Both the position numbers and the translations under genes were made by a program. DNA of 64,000 nucleotides from Mobula hypostoma (taxonomy: Eukaryota): positions 87,980,001 through 88,044,000 of the forward strand of contig NC_086108.1 of the NCBI RefSeq assembly GCF_963921235.1, read 5' to 3'. The notes beneath the pieces are model-generated. The model saw nothing but the letters and a program-made list of their open reading frames with translations. It was not told the DNA's origin and did no database searches. Of the stretch, positions 25,058 through 37,500 are shown piece by piece; within the stretch, counting starts at the first letter, position 1; each line of letters starts with the position of its first letter.

Positions 25058-25459
25058 CCCTCTAAGAGGACCACAACCTTGTCGTGGTTTGGAGAATTAT
25101 GTGCCACAGTGACCCAGAGAGCTATGTTGGCTGGATTCAGGGTCTTGTGCTTTGGCTCTTGGTAGAGTCATCCATGCCAAACCGGTCAAAGGGTAGAGGC
25201 CAGATAAAGAGTGGTCCACCAGTCCTCCAGGTTTTGGGGTTCAGCTCAGAGCTAACAACCCTGAATGGTAAAGTAAAATTGTTAAGGAAACAGCAATGAA
25301 GAATCCTTCTACATCTGAGTGCGATGGTATTCCAGCGTCTCCACCCGGAACTTGCATGACTCACAGTAGGGAAAAGCAAGAGGAAGCTACTGACATGATA
25401 AACACCACCTTCTTTGCTGCCCTAACACCAGCAGCATAACGGACAGTAATTAAGTAAGT
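25058..25459 (+). mobile_element. Short bipartite RTE (Expander/Rex3-like) element
   Basis: 5' end accttgtcgtgg...gagctatgttgg, (taag)n tail and a degenerate 10-bp TSD. Homologous to 1403-1721. Confidence 0.65.
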
Positions 25460-25626
25460 TAGCTCATTGTGTGAGGCTCTGTAAAGGGACCACAAAACAG
25501 TGAAATATAACATGAATGTAATATTTTTAAACATGAGTTGTGTTGCAGAGGAAATTCACTAATGTCATTTCAGACACAAATTCTGCTTGTGAGTGAAAGA
25601 TAAGAATGAGAAAAATTGTCACTTAC

Positions 25627-25805
25627 CTACTGACTCAATTGATACATATTGACTGATTTCTGACTCATTGGAAGATGATTCAATTACTTCAATGAAAAGT
25701 GGCTGAAAAAGCACAATATCCTCTACTGGAATAGCACAAACATGTCTCGTTGCATTCCCAGGCACTCTGTATGATGTTGTGTGACATTGCTTCTGTATTC
25801 TTTCC
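25627..25805 (-). CDS. MPL: MPL exon 3 (ERIQKQCHTTSYRVPGNATRHVCAIPVEDIVLFQPLFIEVIESSSNESEISQYVSIESV)
   Basis: tatag| acceptor and |gtaagt donor, 179 bp, phases 2 and 1. TRHVC..P...LF.PL motif. Confidence 0.9.
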
Positions 25806-26489
25806 CTATAAAATGGAAAATCAGAGTGACACTTGGAAGGGGAATTTATAGCAGAATTAAAATCTTGCCACTAGTTCGGGGAAGCGACCCACTGTATCCA
25901 TCCTCTGATGGTTTTCCATCTGCTTGATGAAACCGAGAACAGAAACATTACAGACAAAATGTTTGCATGCTTGGGCACACTGCTGCAAGCAAACTAACCC
26001 ACTGAGGATCAACATTGTGGAAGTTATTGTGGTTGAGAAATAGTACCGAAAAAGACGATAGTATATCAACATTCTGTTTTATTCCTTCCCTAATTTCATG
26101 GAATGGCTTTGATGGAATCAACCATTTTAAAAATTCACACCAAACCAAAATTACCTGTTGCAACATTCAGTGTGGATGCCTACACTTGCATATCTTGTAG
26201 TCAATTGCCTGGATTTTCTGTTTCAGGTCTGGCCCCTTTGTTGGTACATCTGACAAAAATCTCAGACCTGAGACATTGACTCTGCTTCTCTTTCTGTGGA
26301 TGCTGTCTGACCTGCTAAATGTTCCCAGCATTTTCTAGTTTTTATTTCAGATTTCCGTCATCTGTGTTTTTTCAAGTTTTTCATGAGCTGGATTTTCCAA
26401 TACCCTGGTTCCATATGGTATTCAAAAATTGTTGCAGAACAAAATACTGTTCTGCATCAAGTGAATTAAGTCTAAAAGGAATAGTAGAT

Positions 26490-27330
26490 AAGGCTATAAG
26501 ACAATGAAGCAGAATTAGACCATTTGACCTATCAAGTCTGCTCTGCCATTCCATCATGGCTGATTTATTATCCCTCTCAACCCCATTCTGCTGCCTTCTC
26601 CCCAAAAGCTTTGACACCATTACTAATCAAAAATCTCTGCTTTAAATATACCCAATGACTTGGCCTGCACAGCCATCTGTGGCAATAAGTTCCATTGTAC
26701 CCAACTCCCTATATTCTTTCTTCAGGAACTCCTCCTTTTCTCAATGCATGTTGTTGGTACCAATACATACCATGACTTCTGGCTGTTCACCCTCCCCCTT
26801 TAGAATGCTGTGGACCAGATCCGAGACATCATTGACTTTGGCACATGGGAGGCATCACAAAATCTGGATTTCTCTTTCACATCCACAGAACCTGCTGTCT
26901 GTTCCTCTACTTATGGAATCGCGTATCACTTCTGCATTCCTCTTCTGCGTCCTTCCCTTCTGGGCCTCAGAGGCAGACTCAGTACCAGAGATCAGGTTGC
27001 TGCAGTTTCCCACTGGTAGGTTGTTCTCCCCACTCCCCCCCACCCCCATCAGTATCCAGAGTGGTATACTTATTACTGAGGGGAATGGCCACAGACGTAC
27101 TCTGCACTGGCTGCCTGTTGTCTTTCCCTCTCCTGACAGTCTCGTATGTACCTGCCTCCACAACTTAGGGGTCTCTACCTCCCTCCTTATTTTCCTGTAT
27201 AAGCCAAAGGTCATCCAGCTGCAGTTCCAGTTCCTTAACATGGGTCCTAAGAAGCTGCATGGAAGACAGGATGTCTCCCAAAGTTCCCACATCTCACACA
27301 AGGAACATATCACAATCCCTGGACCCATTC
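26490..27330 (-). mobile_element. CR1 remnant (ORF1 portion fused to a 3' end)
   Basis: Similar to 51253-51940 (PVQSTSVAIPLSNKYTTLD). Confidence 0.65.
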
Positions 27331-27547
27331 TCAGTGCACTAGCTATGAACTAACTGGGGGAGGGGGAACTTACTTAGAACCTCTGCCTGTGCTTCCCCAA
27401 GCCTGTTCTCATCTAAGCCTGACCACTCTAGCATTGTCCACCTACACAATGGCCACTCCGCTTACACCTCACTTCTTTTTATTGGCCCCTGCCGAGTGAC
27501 GAATAGATCATTATGATTGCAATCTGATGAATGCCTGTGACATTCAA

Positions 27548-27712
27548 GGGATTGCAGGTGCTGAAACCTGGAGCAACAAACAAGAAGTCAGAGGAGCTCA
27601 GTGAGTCAGGCAGCATCTGTGGAGGGAGAAGGACTTGGAATGTTGATTGAACATTTTCCACAGACGCTGCCTTGACCGGCTGAGTTCCTCCAGTTTCTTA
27701 TTTGTTGCTGTG
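27548..27712. mobile_element. Diverged palindromic Penelope-derived element
   Basis: Inverted arms gcaacaaac...ctcag...ggcagcatctgtgga and tccacagacgctgcc...ctgag...tttgttgc. Confidence 0.55.
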
Positions 27713-28545
27713 ATTTTTTGTCTCATTGTTGTAAGTTGTGCTGGAACATACAGCATATGAAAATAATAATATTGTCGGGTTGAATAAATAACCACCATCC
27801 TGTGAAATGGATAAGTTTTCTTCTCTGATATAATCACACATTGAGACTTAATCCCCTAAAACCCTTGCATCCAGAGACTGGGCTGAAATACCTAATTCCA
27901 ACAGAGGTTACACTTGTATCATGTTTCCACCCTCAAGATAGGTTGTTGCAGCAGTCTGTAATTGTTCACTTCTGTACTAAGGATGATTAATACTGACTAT
28001 TTTCTTTAGAGCAATCACAATCTGAGGGATACAGAATCAGCAAAGTCGATCAATAATACCCAGCAGGATGCCAGCTACCAAGAATGCAGACATTGTGACT
28101 AAAGAACAACAGTCACAATGTCAACTGTGTTTATTTATTGAGGTAAAACACAGATACCACAATACAGCCATTTGAACCCCGCCACCCAGCAATCCCCCGA
28201 TTTAATCTGAGCTGAATCATAGGACAATTTACAATGACAAATTAACCTACCAACCGGTATGTCTTTGGACTGTGGGAGGAAACCGGCACCCCTGGAGGAT
28301 CTACAAACTCCTTACAGGCAGCAACAGGAACTGAACTCATGTCTCATGTACCATAAACCACTGTGCTACTGTGCTACCCATAAAGTGTTGTGCTACCTGC
28401 TTTTAGTGTGCCTGATGCTGGATAGAGCTGGCATATTTAATGACAAGACTGATCAGCTGAGGACTTAAACTAATCAATAATAGTTTACTTAGTAATTATA
28501 GGGTAATAACACAGTGTGAGATTTTGTAGTATTATGGTGATATAC

Positions 28546-28672
28546 TCAGTGCTGTAGAAGAACTTGTAAGTGAAATTTGTTTCTTCGCTGTTATCCCAGA
28601 AACATGTCAGATCGTCTAACATTCGCGTAAAACACTTCAGATCTTCATCTTGTGACAACAGTGATGAAATAC
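28546..28672 (-). CDS. MPL: MPL exon 2 (GISSLLSQDEDLKCFTRMLDDLTCFWDNSEETNFTYKFFYSTE)
   Basis: cacag| acceptor and |gtatat donor, 127 bp. LKCF..R..DLTCFWD is the EPOR/MPL domain-1 motif. Confidence 0.92.
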
Positions 28673-28936
28673 CTGTGGGTAACCAATAAAACGGGTTACT
28701 CATTCCTTTTATCACACATCTGAAAATAACAATTTTAAGCCAGTATCAAAATACATAGGAATAGTCAGTTATAAGAAAGGGGAACCTAATTAGGATTCAC
28801 TTCTCTGGGAAAGTAGATAACTTAATTTGCTTTTGAGGAATGTAATGGGATCAAATCAACTGTTATTATTATATCAACACACATCAAAGTTGCTGGTGAA
28901 TGCAGCAGGCCAGGCAGCATCTGTAGGAAGAGGTGC

Positions 28937-28972
28937 AGTCGACGTTTCAGGCAGAGACCCTTCGTCAGGACT
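28937..28972 (-). ncRNA. Minimal hammerhead ribozyme
   Basis: agtc-CTGACGA-agggtctctgcct-GAAA-c-GTC-gact on the minus strand, the same sense as MPL pre-mRNA. Confidence 0.7.
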
Positions 28973-29034
28973 AACTGAAGGAAGAGTGAGTAAGAGTGAG
29001 TAAGAGTAATCCCTTACTCACTCTTCCTTCAGTT

Positions 29035-29070
29035 AGTCCTGATGAAGGGTCTCGGCCTGAAACGTCGACT
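29035..29070 (+). ncRNA. Minimal hammerhead ribozyme
   Basis: agtc-CTGATGA-agggtctcggcct-GAAA-c-GTC-gact. Confidence 0.75.
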
Positions 29071-30591
29071 GCACCTCTTCCTACAGATGCTGCCTGGCCT
29101 GCTGCGCTCACCAGCAACTTTGATGTGTGTTGCTTGAATTTCCAGCATCTGCAGAATTCCTGTTGTTTGCGTTATTATTATATTCTGTCCTTTTTTTTTA
29201 ACTAAATTTCTGCAAGGATTTTCAGATCTCCTTACGGCATTCAAGGACACCATTTCAAACCATTGAGTTGACGCTGTTTGACAGAACATTTTATTCTTCC
29301 ATTAATTTTCCCTTAGACCTATTCTCCCTGCATTCCCAATGGCTCAGCTGCACACCAAAGGCAATTTAGAGTGAAGAATTTACTATGCAACATCCTCTTC
29401 TTTGTTGCCAAAATTTTGGTGAAAGTTTGGCATTCATCCAGGATTGACACATAAACTCAACATTCAGGCCCAATGGGAAAAAAAAGTTCTGAAAATGTAA
29501 GGCCTATGTTTGCTTTTCTCTTTAATGAAATGCGGAGAGAAACCAGAATAAGAGAATTAACGTCCTAAAGAACAAGATTCATTATGATGAATTTCCTATT
29601 CTCAAAATTGGTGGATTATAGTAAATAATTTTCATAATTTCTATTAAGTCCTTTAAAAGTACATTTCAGTAATAGTTCTGGATTTAAGTTATCTGCATGG
29701 TTTACTGCTGTCTTCCCGAAACAACATTTTGTGAACTAAAAGAGGCACTGCATACATTGCGATTGAAGCAAATTCTGAATTATTTGAATAAATTTACTTA
29801 AAATGTAATGATTATTGGTCTGTAAAGTTTGAAATAATTCAGAACAAACCTTTGCTAGTTAAGATGTTACTAGAGTTAAAAAGAAGAGCTGTGTTTCTGT
29901 TGTACATTTCCTGACCTCAGAATATCCAAAATCACTTTACTGTCAATTAAATAATTTTGAATATATTCAGTGCAGAAAACACCCTAATCAATTTATTTAC
30001 CACAAAACCCACAGTTTGGAATATGTGTTAAAGACTTGGTAGTCCTTTATTTTTGAAGTGATCTTGTCTGAAGGTTAAATATTGGCAACGTATCAGTAGA
30101 AACTCACGTTTTATTTGAAATGTTCTCTCAGGATCTAATATGACCAGCTGAGTGAGATCCTGGTTTAGTGTCTCAGTTGAAAGATGAAAAGTGTTTAATT
30201 TGCCACCATATGTTGAAGCTCCATATTCTTTTTTTTATCAAGAATAATTAAAGTATTAAACTTTAATCTTCTCTTGATAATATTTATCTTTTTAAACTTC
30301 ATTGTTATATTTTAGATGTCAGTCTGAAGGTTAGTGTATCATTGAATATATCTTTTCATATATTTTCACTATAAATTATGTTTTTCAAATGCTTTATGCA
30401 ACAATTAAACTTTGAAATGATATACAGCAGAACTGAAATGAATTACCAAGACAAGTAACAAATTTAGTTCTCTGCTGTGGTTTGCACAGAACCTTTTTGG
30501 CAGATATTTTTAGTGTCTTACTATTAGGGTGCAAATTTCTTGCAGATATCTCTGTGCCTTCAAACAATTAAAAAGTTGCCAGTCAGCTTAC

Positions 30592-30697
30592 CTTCCTGGA
30601 GAAATGTCCAATTCTCTACACCTGATACAAAGAGAAAGGTGACCGTGTTTAAGTGTACACATGCCACAAACAGGAACCTTACTGCACAGCGAACCAT
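30592..30697 (-). CDS. MPL: MPL exon 1 (signal peptide, MVRCAVRFLFVACVHLNTVTFLFVSGVENWTFLQE)
   Basis: ATG at 30697, hydrophobic stretch, donor G|gtaagc in phase 1, matching exon 2. An in-frame upstream ATG exists at 30850. Confidence 0.72.
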
Positions 30698-30797
30698 TAT
30701 TTTCACAACGCACCAAACATTTCTCACTCTCCACTGTTGGCGTGAGACTGACTTAGAACAGAAGGCGTTTACAAGCCTGAAGTAAGAAAAGACACAT

Positions 30798-30968
30798 CCA
30801 CAGGAAATTAATGAAGCCTGAGGCAGGGCAGAGTGGGTCCACACCCTCATTAAGACCACTGCAGAGATTCATTGGGCAGAACTAGTGGTGATCACCCAGC
30901 CATGAACAACTCTGAAACCAGTCCTCTGCCAGGCATTACTGCAAAGGCTTATCTGAAAGGGTGACTCA
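30798..30968 (-). promoter_or_regulatory. Putative MPL proximal promoter with ETS/RUNX-like, GATA and AP-1 motifs
   Basis: CCACAGGAAAT at 30798-30808, AGATAA (minus strand) at 30949-30954 and TGACTCA at 30962-30968, all within about 270 bp of the ATG. Confidence 0.45.
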
Positions 30969-31132
30969 GTGGCTCGGAGGGTAATGGCTCAGCAGATCAT
31001 GGAGCTGCCTCAATACACAGTGACCTGGGTTTTGCATAGGAATGCACGAGGCTGCAGAGAGTAGTGGACAGCAGCCAATCCATCACGGGCACAGTCAGCA
31101 TTGTCAACCGTTGTCAACATTTACAGGAGGCA

Positions 31133-31329
31133 AACATGAGGAATTCTGCAGATGCTGGAAATTCAAGCAACACACATCAAAGTTGCTGGTGAACGCAGCA
31201 GGCCAGGCAGCATCTCTAGGAAGAGGTACAGTCGACGTTTACGTCAGGACGAAGGGTCTCGGCCCGAAACATCGACTGTACCTCTTCCTAGAGATGCTGC
31301 CTGGCCTGCTGCGTTCACCAGCAACTTTG
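31133..31329. mobile_element. Palindromic Penelope-derived element inserted in a Rex-like remnant
   Basis: Exact 14-bp TSD atttacaggaggca; the two hammerhead halves are fused at the centre. Confidence 0.82.
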
Positions 31330-32124
31330 ATTTACAGGAGGCATTGGCTTAGGAAGGCAGCATTTATCCCTACCATGGGGGTGGCAATGTCCTTTTCTCG
31401 CCGTTACCATCGGTTAGAGAATTCTGAAGTAAGCCCCACACCACCAAGTTCAACGGGTTCATTTACATTTACTTTTAGCAACCATTAGGTTCTTGAACCA
31501 ACCTTTATAACCCTATTCCTAACTCAGAAGTGGAACACTATGGAGACTCTCTTCCTCTGTCACAATAAAACCCTGACTGTGTTTTATTTTTTGCACTAGT
31601 GCTTTTTTCTTGACCGCTTTGAATCAAAGCGCCTGTGATGCTGCTCCGACTGTTTCATTGTACCAGTACTTCGTTGTACATGTGCATTTGACAATAAACT
31701 CGATTCAACATGTACTATTTTATAAGTTAATTATTTTCTGTAAATTACCCTATGGGTAAGCGACTGAAGAATCAGAATCAGAATCAAAAACAGGTTTATT
31801 ACCACCGGCAGAACTGGAGAATGTTCATGTATATGTGTGAAAAAATAGATAACTGGGAAATGAGATTGATGGGATTGCTTTGAGGGATAGCATTGACTCA
31901 ATGGACCAATTATTCTCATGAAGTGATAGTTCTAAAGTGCCAAGAATAAAGGGCACTTTATTCCTTGTCCAATACCAGTGCATCTATGTTTATATGTACT
32001 TGTAAAAAAACAATTCTTTGATCATTGTGGTAGGTGATCCCAGTATTTGTAAGATTAGCTGTATGGTTTGCTTGCCCGCTATAACTTACATCCTCATCCC
32101 TTCACTGAAGTGAGTCTGTAGGTA

Positions 32125-32572
32125 GAACCATAGAACACTACAGCACTGAAAACAGGCCATTCGGCCCTTCTAGTCTGTGCCAAAACATTATTCCGCTAGT
32201 CCCATTGAACTGCATCCAGTCCATAACCCTCCAGGCCTCTCCCATCCATGTACCTATCCAATTTAGTCTTAAAACTTGAGATTGAGCCCGCATTTACCAC
32301 GTCAGATGGCAGCTCATTCACACTCCCACCACTCTCTGTGGGAAGAAGATCCCCCTAAACCTTTCTCCTTTCACCCTAAAGCCATGTCCTCTCGTATTTA
32401 TCTCTCCTAATCTAAGTGGAAAGAGCCTATTCACATTTACTCTGTCTATACTCCTCATAATTTTGTAAACCTTTATCAAATCTCCCCTCATTCTTCTATG
32501 CTCCAAGGAATAAAGTCCTAACCTGTTCAATCTTTCCCTGTAACTCAACTCCTGAAGACCCGGCAACATCCT
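32125..32572 (-). mobile_element. CR1 3' fragment
   Basis: MLPGLQELSYRERLNRLGLYSLEHRRMRGDLIKVYKIM. Confidence 0.85.
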
Positions 32573-35500
32573 AGATGTAAATAGTAAAGGTCGATATTTT
32601 TAAACATAGCTTTAGAACCTTGATGCCATATGCCACACATGCTTGGCATTATCAAAGAAAATAATTGAAATCCTATTAATCTTCAATTAAAGCTTCTAAG
32701 ATTTTCTTGTCCTTGCCATTTTGCTGACTGAGGGAGTCTGTAGCTGTTGGGCCAGTGAAGATCACCTTCCCTGCAAGATAGCAGGCAGCTTCGCCTGTGA
32801 TAATTGTTACCCATAAATTGCTGATATGATGAGACTGGATCAAAAGAGCAGAAAATTCAGGGTTTGTAAACTTGATCATAATGAGGGAGAGGATTAACAC
32901 TGGCAGCAAAATAGCAGGAAACTTCAAAAAAGAAGTGGACTGGTAAACTATAAGGAATAAACTATGATTATTTTATTTATTTAGATATACTGCGTGGAAC
33001 AGGGCCTTCCAGCCCAATGAACCACATTACTCAGCAACCCATCGATTTCACCCTAGCCTAATCACAGGACAATTTACAATGACTAATTAACCTACTAACT
33101 GATATGTCTTTGGACTGTGGGAGGAAACTGGAGCCTCCGGAGGAAACCTTCGCAGTCACGGGGAGAACGTACAAACAGTGCTGGAAATGGATTCCAGACT
33201 CCAGCGTCCTGAACTGTAATAGCATTGCACTAACCACTATACTGTGACTATCTCATCTGGCTCTGCTGGGCAGGCTGCATGGTACACCTACCTGATGTCA
33301 GATCTCCCACCGAGAAACCACTCCACTCTGACTTCGGTCACCGTAGGAAACTATAAGAAGACAGGGAAAAAACTTGAAGGACATTCTCAAAGCCTTGATG
33401 AAAAACTATAACAATCTACCAGCTCTTCGGAATGATTGCCTTCAACTGCTCAAAATGGAGGGAAAGCATCTAGGAAGAGCCTTAGGTTAGTTTAATCAAC
33501 AACATGCAGATATATAGGTGTGAATGGCAGAAGAGCACAGTCGATCCGAGACTACCCAAGCACCTCCTGCCACCTCTGACAGTCCATCAATCCTACGTTA
33601 GCCCAATCAGAAACCTCAAAACTCACAGAGCTGGAGGGAGAGCAAATTACCTCAAAACAACTGTTGGTGAAAGCATCCTGATCCCAAATCAACAGTCTCA
33701 GAACAAAGGGATTAGGTAACCAGCCACAGCCAGACAGAATCAAACAAGTTAGCATTTGTTAATGTGGATTGCAAAGCAATAACAAGCCCCTATGTATAAT
33801 CAGTCACACATGCTCTATGAAGGTTGAAAAATCAGTTTATAACATGACTGATTTGGAGACTGGGTGCATCTTTTGCAAAGGAACCCCATTAGTCTGATCA
33901 CCATTTAGGACATCATAGCAGTTTGAACAATTGCCTTGACGTTTGTGAATATAATCTTTGTTTAAGAATCAAAGTTCAAAGTAATTTATTATCAAAGCAT
34001 GTAAATGAAATTCAACTCTGACAAACTTCAAAAGATGCCTAGTGGAGAGTATCTTGACTGGTTGCATCACAGTCTGGCATGAAAATATCAATGCCCTAGA
34101 ATGGAAATGCCTGCAAAAAATGGTGGATACAGCCCAGTCCATTACAGGAAAAGCCTTCCTCACCACTGAGCACATCTACAAAGAGCGCCACCATAAGAAA
34201 GCAGCATCCATCATCAAGGGTCCCCACCATCCAGGACATGCTCTCTTCTCACTGCCACCATCAGGAAGGAGATCCCAAACCATCAGGTTCAGGAACAGTT
34301 ATTAACACTTCCACCATTCAGCTCATGAACCAGCATGGACATCTTCACCCTTCACAACACTAAATTCATCATTGAACACAGTTTATGGACTCTACAACTC
34401 ATGTTCTCAGTATCATTTATTTATTACTATTATTGATTGTTTCATTTTGTATTTGCAAGATTTTTCAGTCTTTGTTGTGGGTAGTTTTTCATTCATTCAA
34501 TGGTACTTCTTTGTGATTGCCTGTCAGAAAATTAATCTAAGGGGAATATTTGGTGACATATAGAGTGCGTTCATTGATAACAAATTTACTTTGAACTTTG
34601 AGTTGCTATAAAAGAACATATGATTTAAAATAACACCAGTTTTATGAATCTTGTGTCCCCCACTTGGGAAAGGATCACAGTGTGGTGTTGACTGGGAGCT
34701 GGGTGTGGAGTGGGGAAGAGGAAGATGGTGGTAACGGTGGGCATTGTGAAGCCTGATATAACATCAGACCAGGATAAGACATTGCTTGGCTCCATCTGGT
34801 AATGGAACCCATCCCACTGTTGCTTTCTCCCTCTCTCCTAGGAAGGTCCCAAAAGCTTGTCATCAAGCTTTATTATGAAATATTAAAATCAGACCCCTTC
34901 CTGTTATGGATATACACAGTAAGCAAGGGCAGGAGGGGACCATTCAAGGTAACTGCAGCCTCAGCCTCTCTCTGCTCGGCAGGAGATGGTGGAGTGGGGG
35001 AAGGGTGTATAGAAAATCGTAAATGGAAGGTTCAAAACTGGCTCCGTACCTATATGGTAAAAAGATCAGGACATAGTGATATTGACATAATGATATGGGG
35101 GTTAATCCCACCGGAACTGTGTCCGCAGCAAGAGCTAAACCTTTATTCATCCCACTGTTGACGCTGAACTGTGAATAAATATACTTATTAGTTCCCAGGA
35201 TGTAGATATTGCTAGAAATACTCGTGTTTATTACCCCTAATTGCTTCTGAACTGAGAAGGCAGTAACATTGGTGGGTCTGGGGCCACGTACTACCCAGAC
35301 TAGTATGTGTCTAGATTTCACATTAATGAACCAGAAAGATTTCATGGGGATACCGTTAATGAGAATATCATTAATTTCAGATTGGATTAATTATGAGTTA
35401 ATATTCCGCAGCTCCACACTGACATTCAAATTCAAGTTGCTGATTAAATAATTCAGAACATTTAGATGTCAGAGGTAGGTGTGTGGAACTGCCAGAGGTG

Positions 35501-37500
35501 ATGGTAGAGACAGACACTGTACATTTGGGACATTTAAGAAACTCTTTGATAGGCACATGAATGAAAGAAAAATGGGAAGGTTAGACTGATCTTTGAGTAG
35601 GTTAAAAAGTCAGCACAACATTGTGGGCAGGAGGGCCTGTTCTGTGCTGTCTTGTTCAGTGTTCTATGTTCTAACTCTGACTGCTAGACCAGTTAGGCTA
35701 GCTTACTAGTCTAGCAATCAGAGTCAGATCATAATATACTCTGGTACGCTGTATGTGCTAGTTCCAGGAATGAGACATGTTTCGGTAGTTGAGGATGAAT
35801 GAAAACGTTTGAGGAGAGTGCAACAGCTAAATTTCTTTCTGTACTTTGAAATTCTTCATAATAGTGCAAGCAGGAAGAAGGTCAATTTAAACATTTTTGT
35901 GTAGTTTAAGATTGCAGATTGGTAATGTGAGCCCGTGACCTTCTGTTTAAAGAGGCAGCAGATGGTGCTGTTATCTAGTAGTCTGTTAATGCGAGAGACC
36001 AGCTGTGTTTAAAAACAACTGCTTAAGGATAACACAGTAACAGAGCTAGCAGAACTGCTCAGTACAGCAGCAGAAACCAAGGTTTAGCCCTCATTTCATG
36101 TGCTGTGTTGTGTGGAGTTTGCATTATCTCCCTCTGACCTCTTGGCTTTTGGTCAAGATGACGTTGAGCTACAGTCTCTGTTGAGGTTGCAGCTCAGACT
36201 TAGTTGTCTTGTTAGGTTCAATGGGTTCATAGGGAAGGTTTTGGGGACAGACAGGGGTGTTAGGGGTCTAGTTAGGGTTTAAGGACAGGGATGTTAGGGA
36301 ATTAGAGGTAGGGTGGAGTCTAAGTCGCCAATCCACGTTTGAAGGCCAGCGACGCGGATGCAGGAATTCTCAGCTCAGCTAATTGTTGGTGAGATCAGAG
36401 TTCCACACAGGCAGGAGGCATGAGAGCTGGTGCATCCCCACTCCCCACCCCCCACCCCAGGTACGTAAGTTGGCAAGACAGGAGTTCGGGGCCTGATGAT
36501 CAGGGCCCTGTCATTGACGAGTCCGGAGTTCTCAACCATGTTCTTCATCTGTGGTCATCAGCAGGTCCTGATGGAAGATGGAAGCCTGAATGTCGATCGG
36601 AAATCCAGACGTCGAGGCTCGATGCCAGGAGCCCTGAGTCTATGAATCTCTGTGAGCCTGCTAGGAAACCTGTGAGCCCACTCGTGGCTGGAGGCTGAAG
36701 ATAGCCTATTGTGGGGTTAGAGAACTATGTATTTGTGCTTGGGAGAGAGGAATGGGGTCTGTTGTTGTGTTGCCTCTTGGTTCTGTATTTTCAGTTTTGA
36801 CGTGTTCTGTGTTGTTCTGCCAAGCCTGGTGGGAATGCTGTATTGGTACCAGAATGTGTGGTGACATTTGCAGGTTGCCCCCAGTAAATGTAGATTGTTA
36901 ATGCAAACAACATATTTCACTGTATGTTTTGATGTCCATATAATAAATAAATCTTAATCTGACTACGTGGATTTTCTTTCACATTCAAGTTCATGGCATT
37001 GATAGACTATTTAGCTGAAGCAAATTGTCCACAGTGTGTGTGTGTGAAAGATAGAATCTACGAAGAATCACTAAGAGTATGGGGAGAATAAAAAATGTGC
37101 GTAATATATGGTTAGATTAAATGGGTTGCTGATGGTCAATGCGGACTTAGACCTGGTATTAACTTGCTGTAGAGTCATAGAGTTGGACAGCACAGAAATG
37201 GGCCTTTGACCCACAACGTCCATGTTGAATTTTTGGCCATCTACGCTCATCCTGTTATGTCTACATCCTTCAATGCTTTGCCAATTTAAGATTTGTAAAT
37301 TGGCTTATTAGTGACATACTGTATGTACCAGGCTACAATGAAGAACTTGTCATCCACATCACTCATACAGAACAATTCATTAGAACCAGAATCAGGTAAT
37401 CAGGTTTAATATCACCAGCATTGGTCGAGAAATTTGTTATTTAGTGGCAGCAGTACAGTGCAATGCATTAAAAGATAATGAATTACAATACAAATCTATA

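Larger units (their letters stand above)
28875..29170. mobile_element. Palindromic Penelope-like insertion (arms of about 120 bp)
   Basis: Exact 13-bp TSD gttattattatat; the junction carries a duplicated aagagtgagt. Confidence 0.88.
2909..30697 (-). other. MPL: Thrombopoietin receptor gene span, coding exons 1-11 (terminal exon outside the window, before position 1)
   Basis: Eleven GT-AG exons join in frame to give a signal peptide, two cytokine-receptor modules (each with a Cys-containing domain and WSXWS), a TM helix and Box1 (LWPQIPNL). The gene lies downstream of TIE1, as in other vertebrates. Confidence 0.93.

Noticed and set aside
26655..27353. 232-aa plus-strand ORF
   Set aside because: It is the antisense frame of a CR1 ORF1 remnant.
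2909..30697. EPOR or CSF2RB as the gene identity
   Set aside because: Two modules exclude EPOR. The motif matches, exon sizes and TIE1 linkage fit MPL better than CSF2RB.
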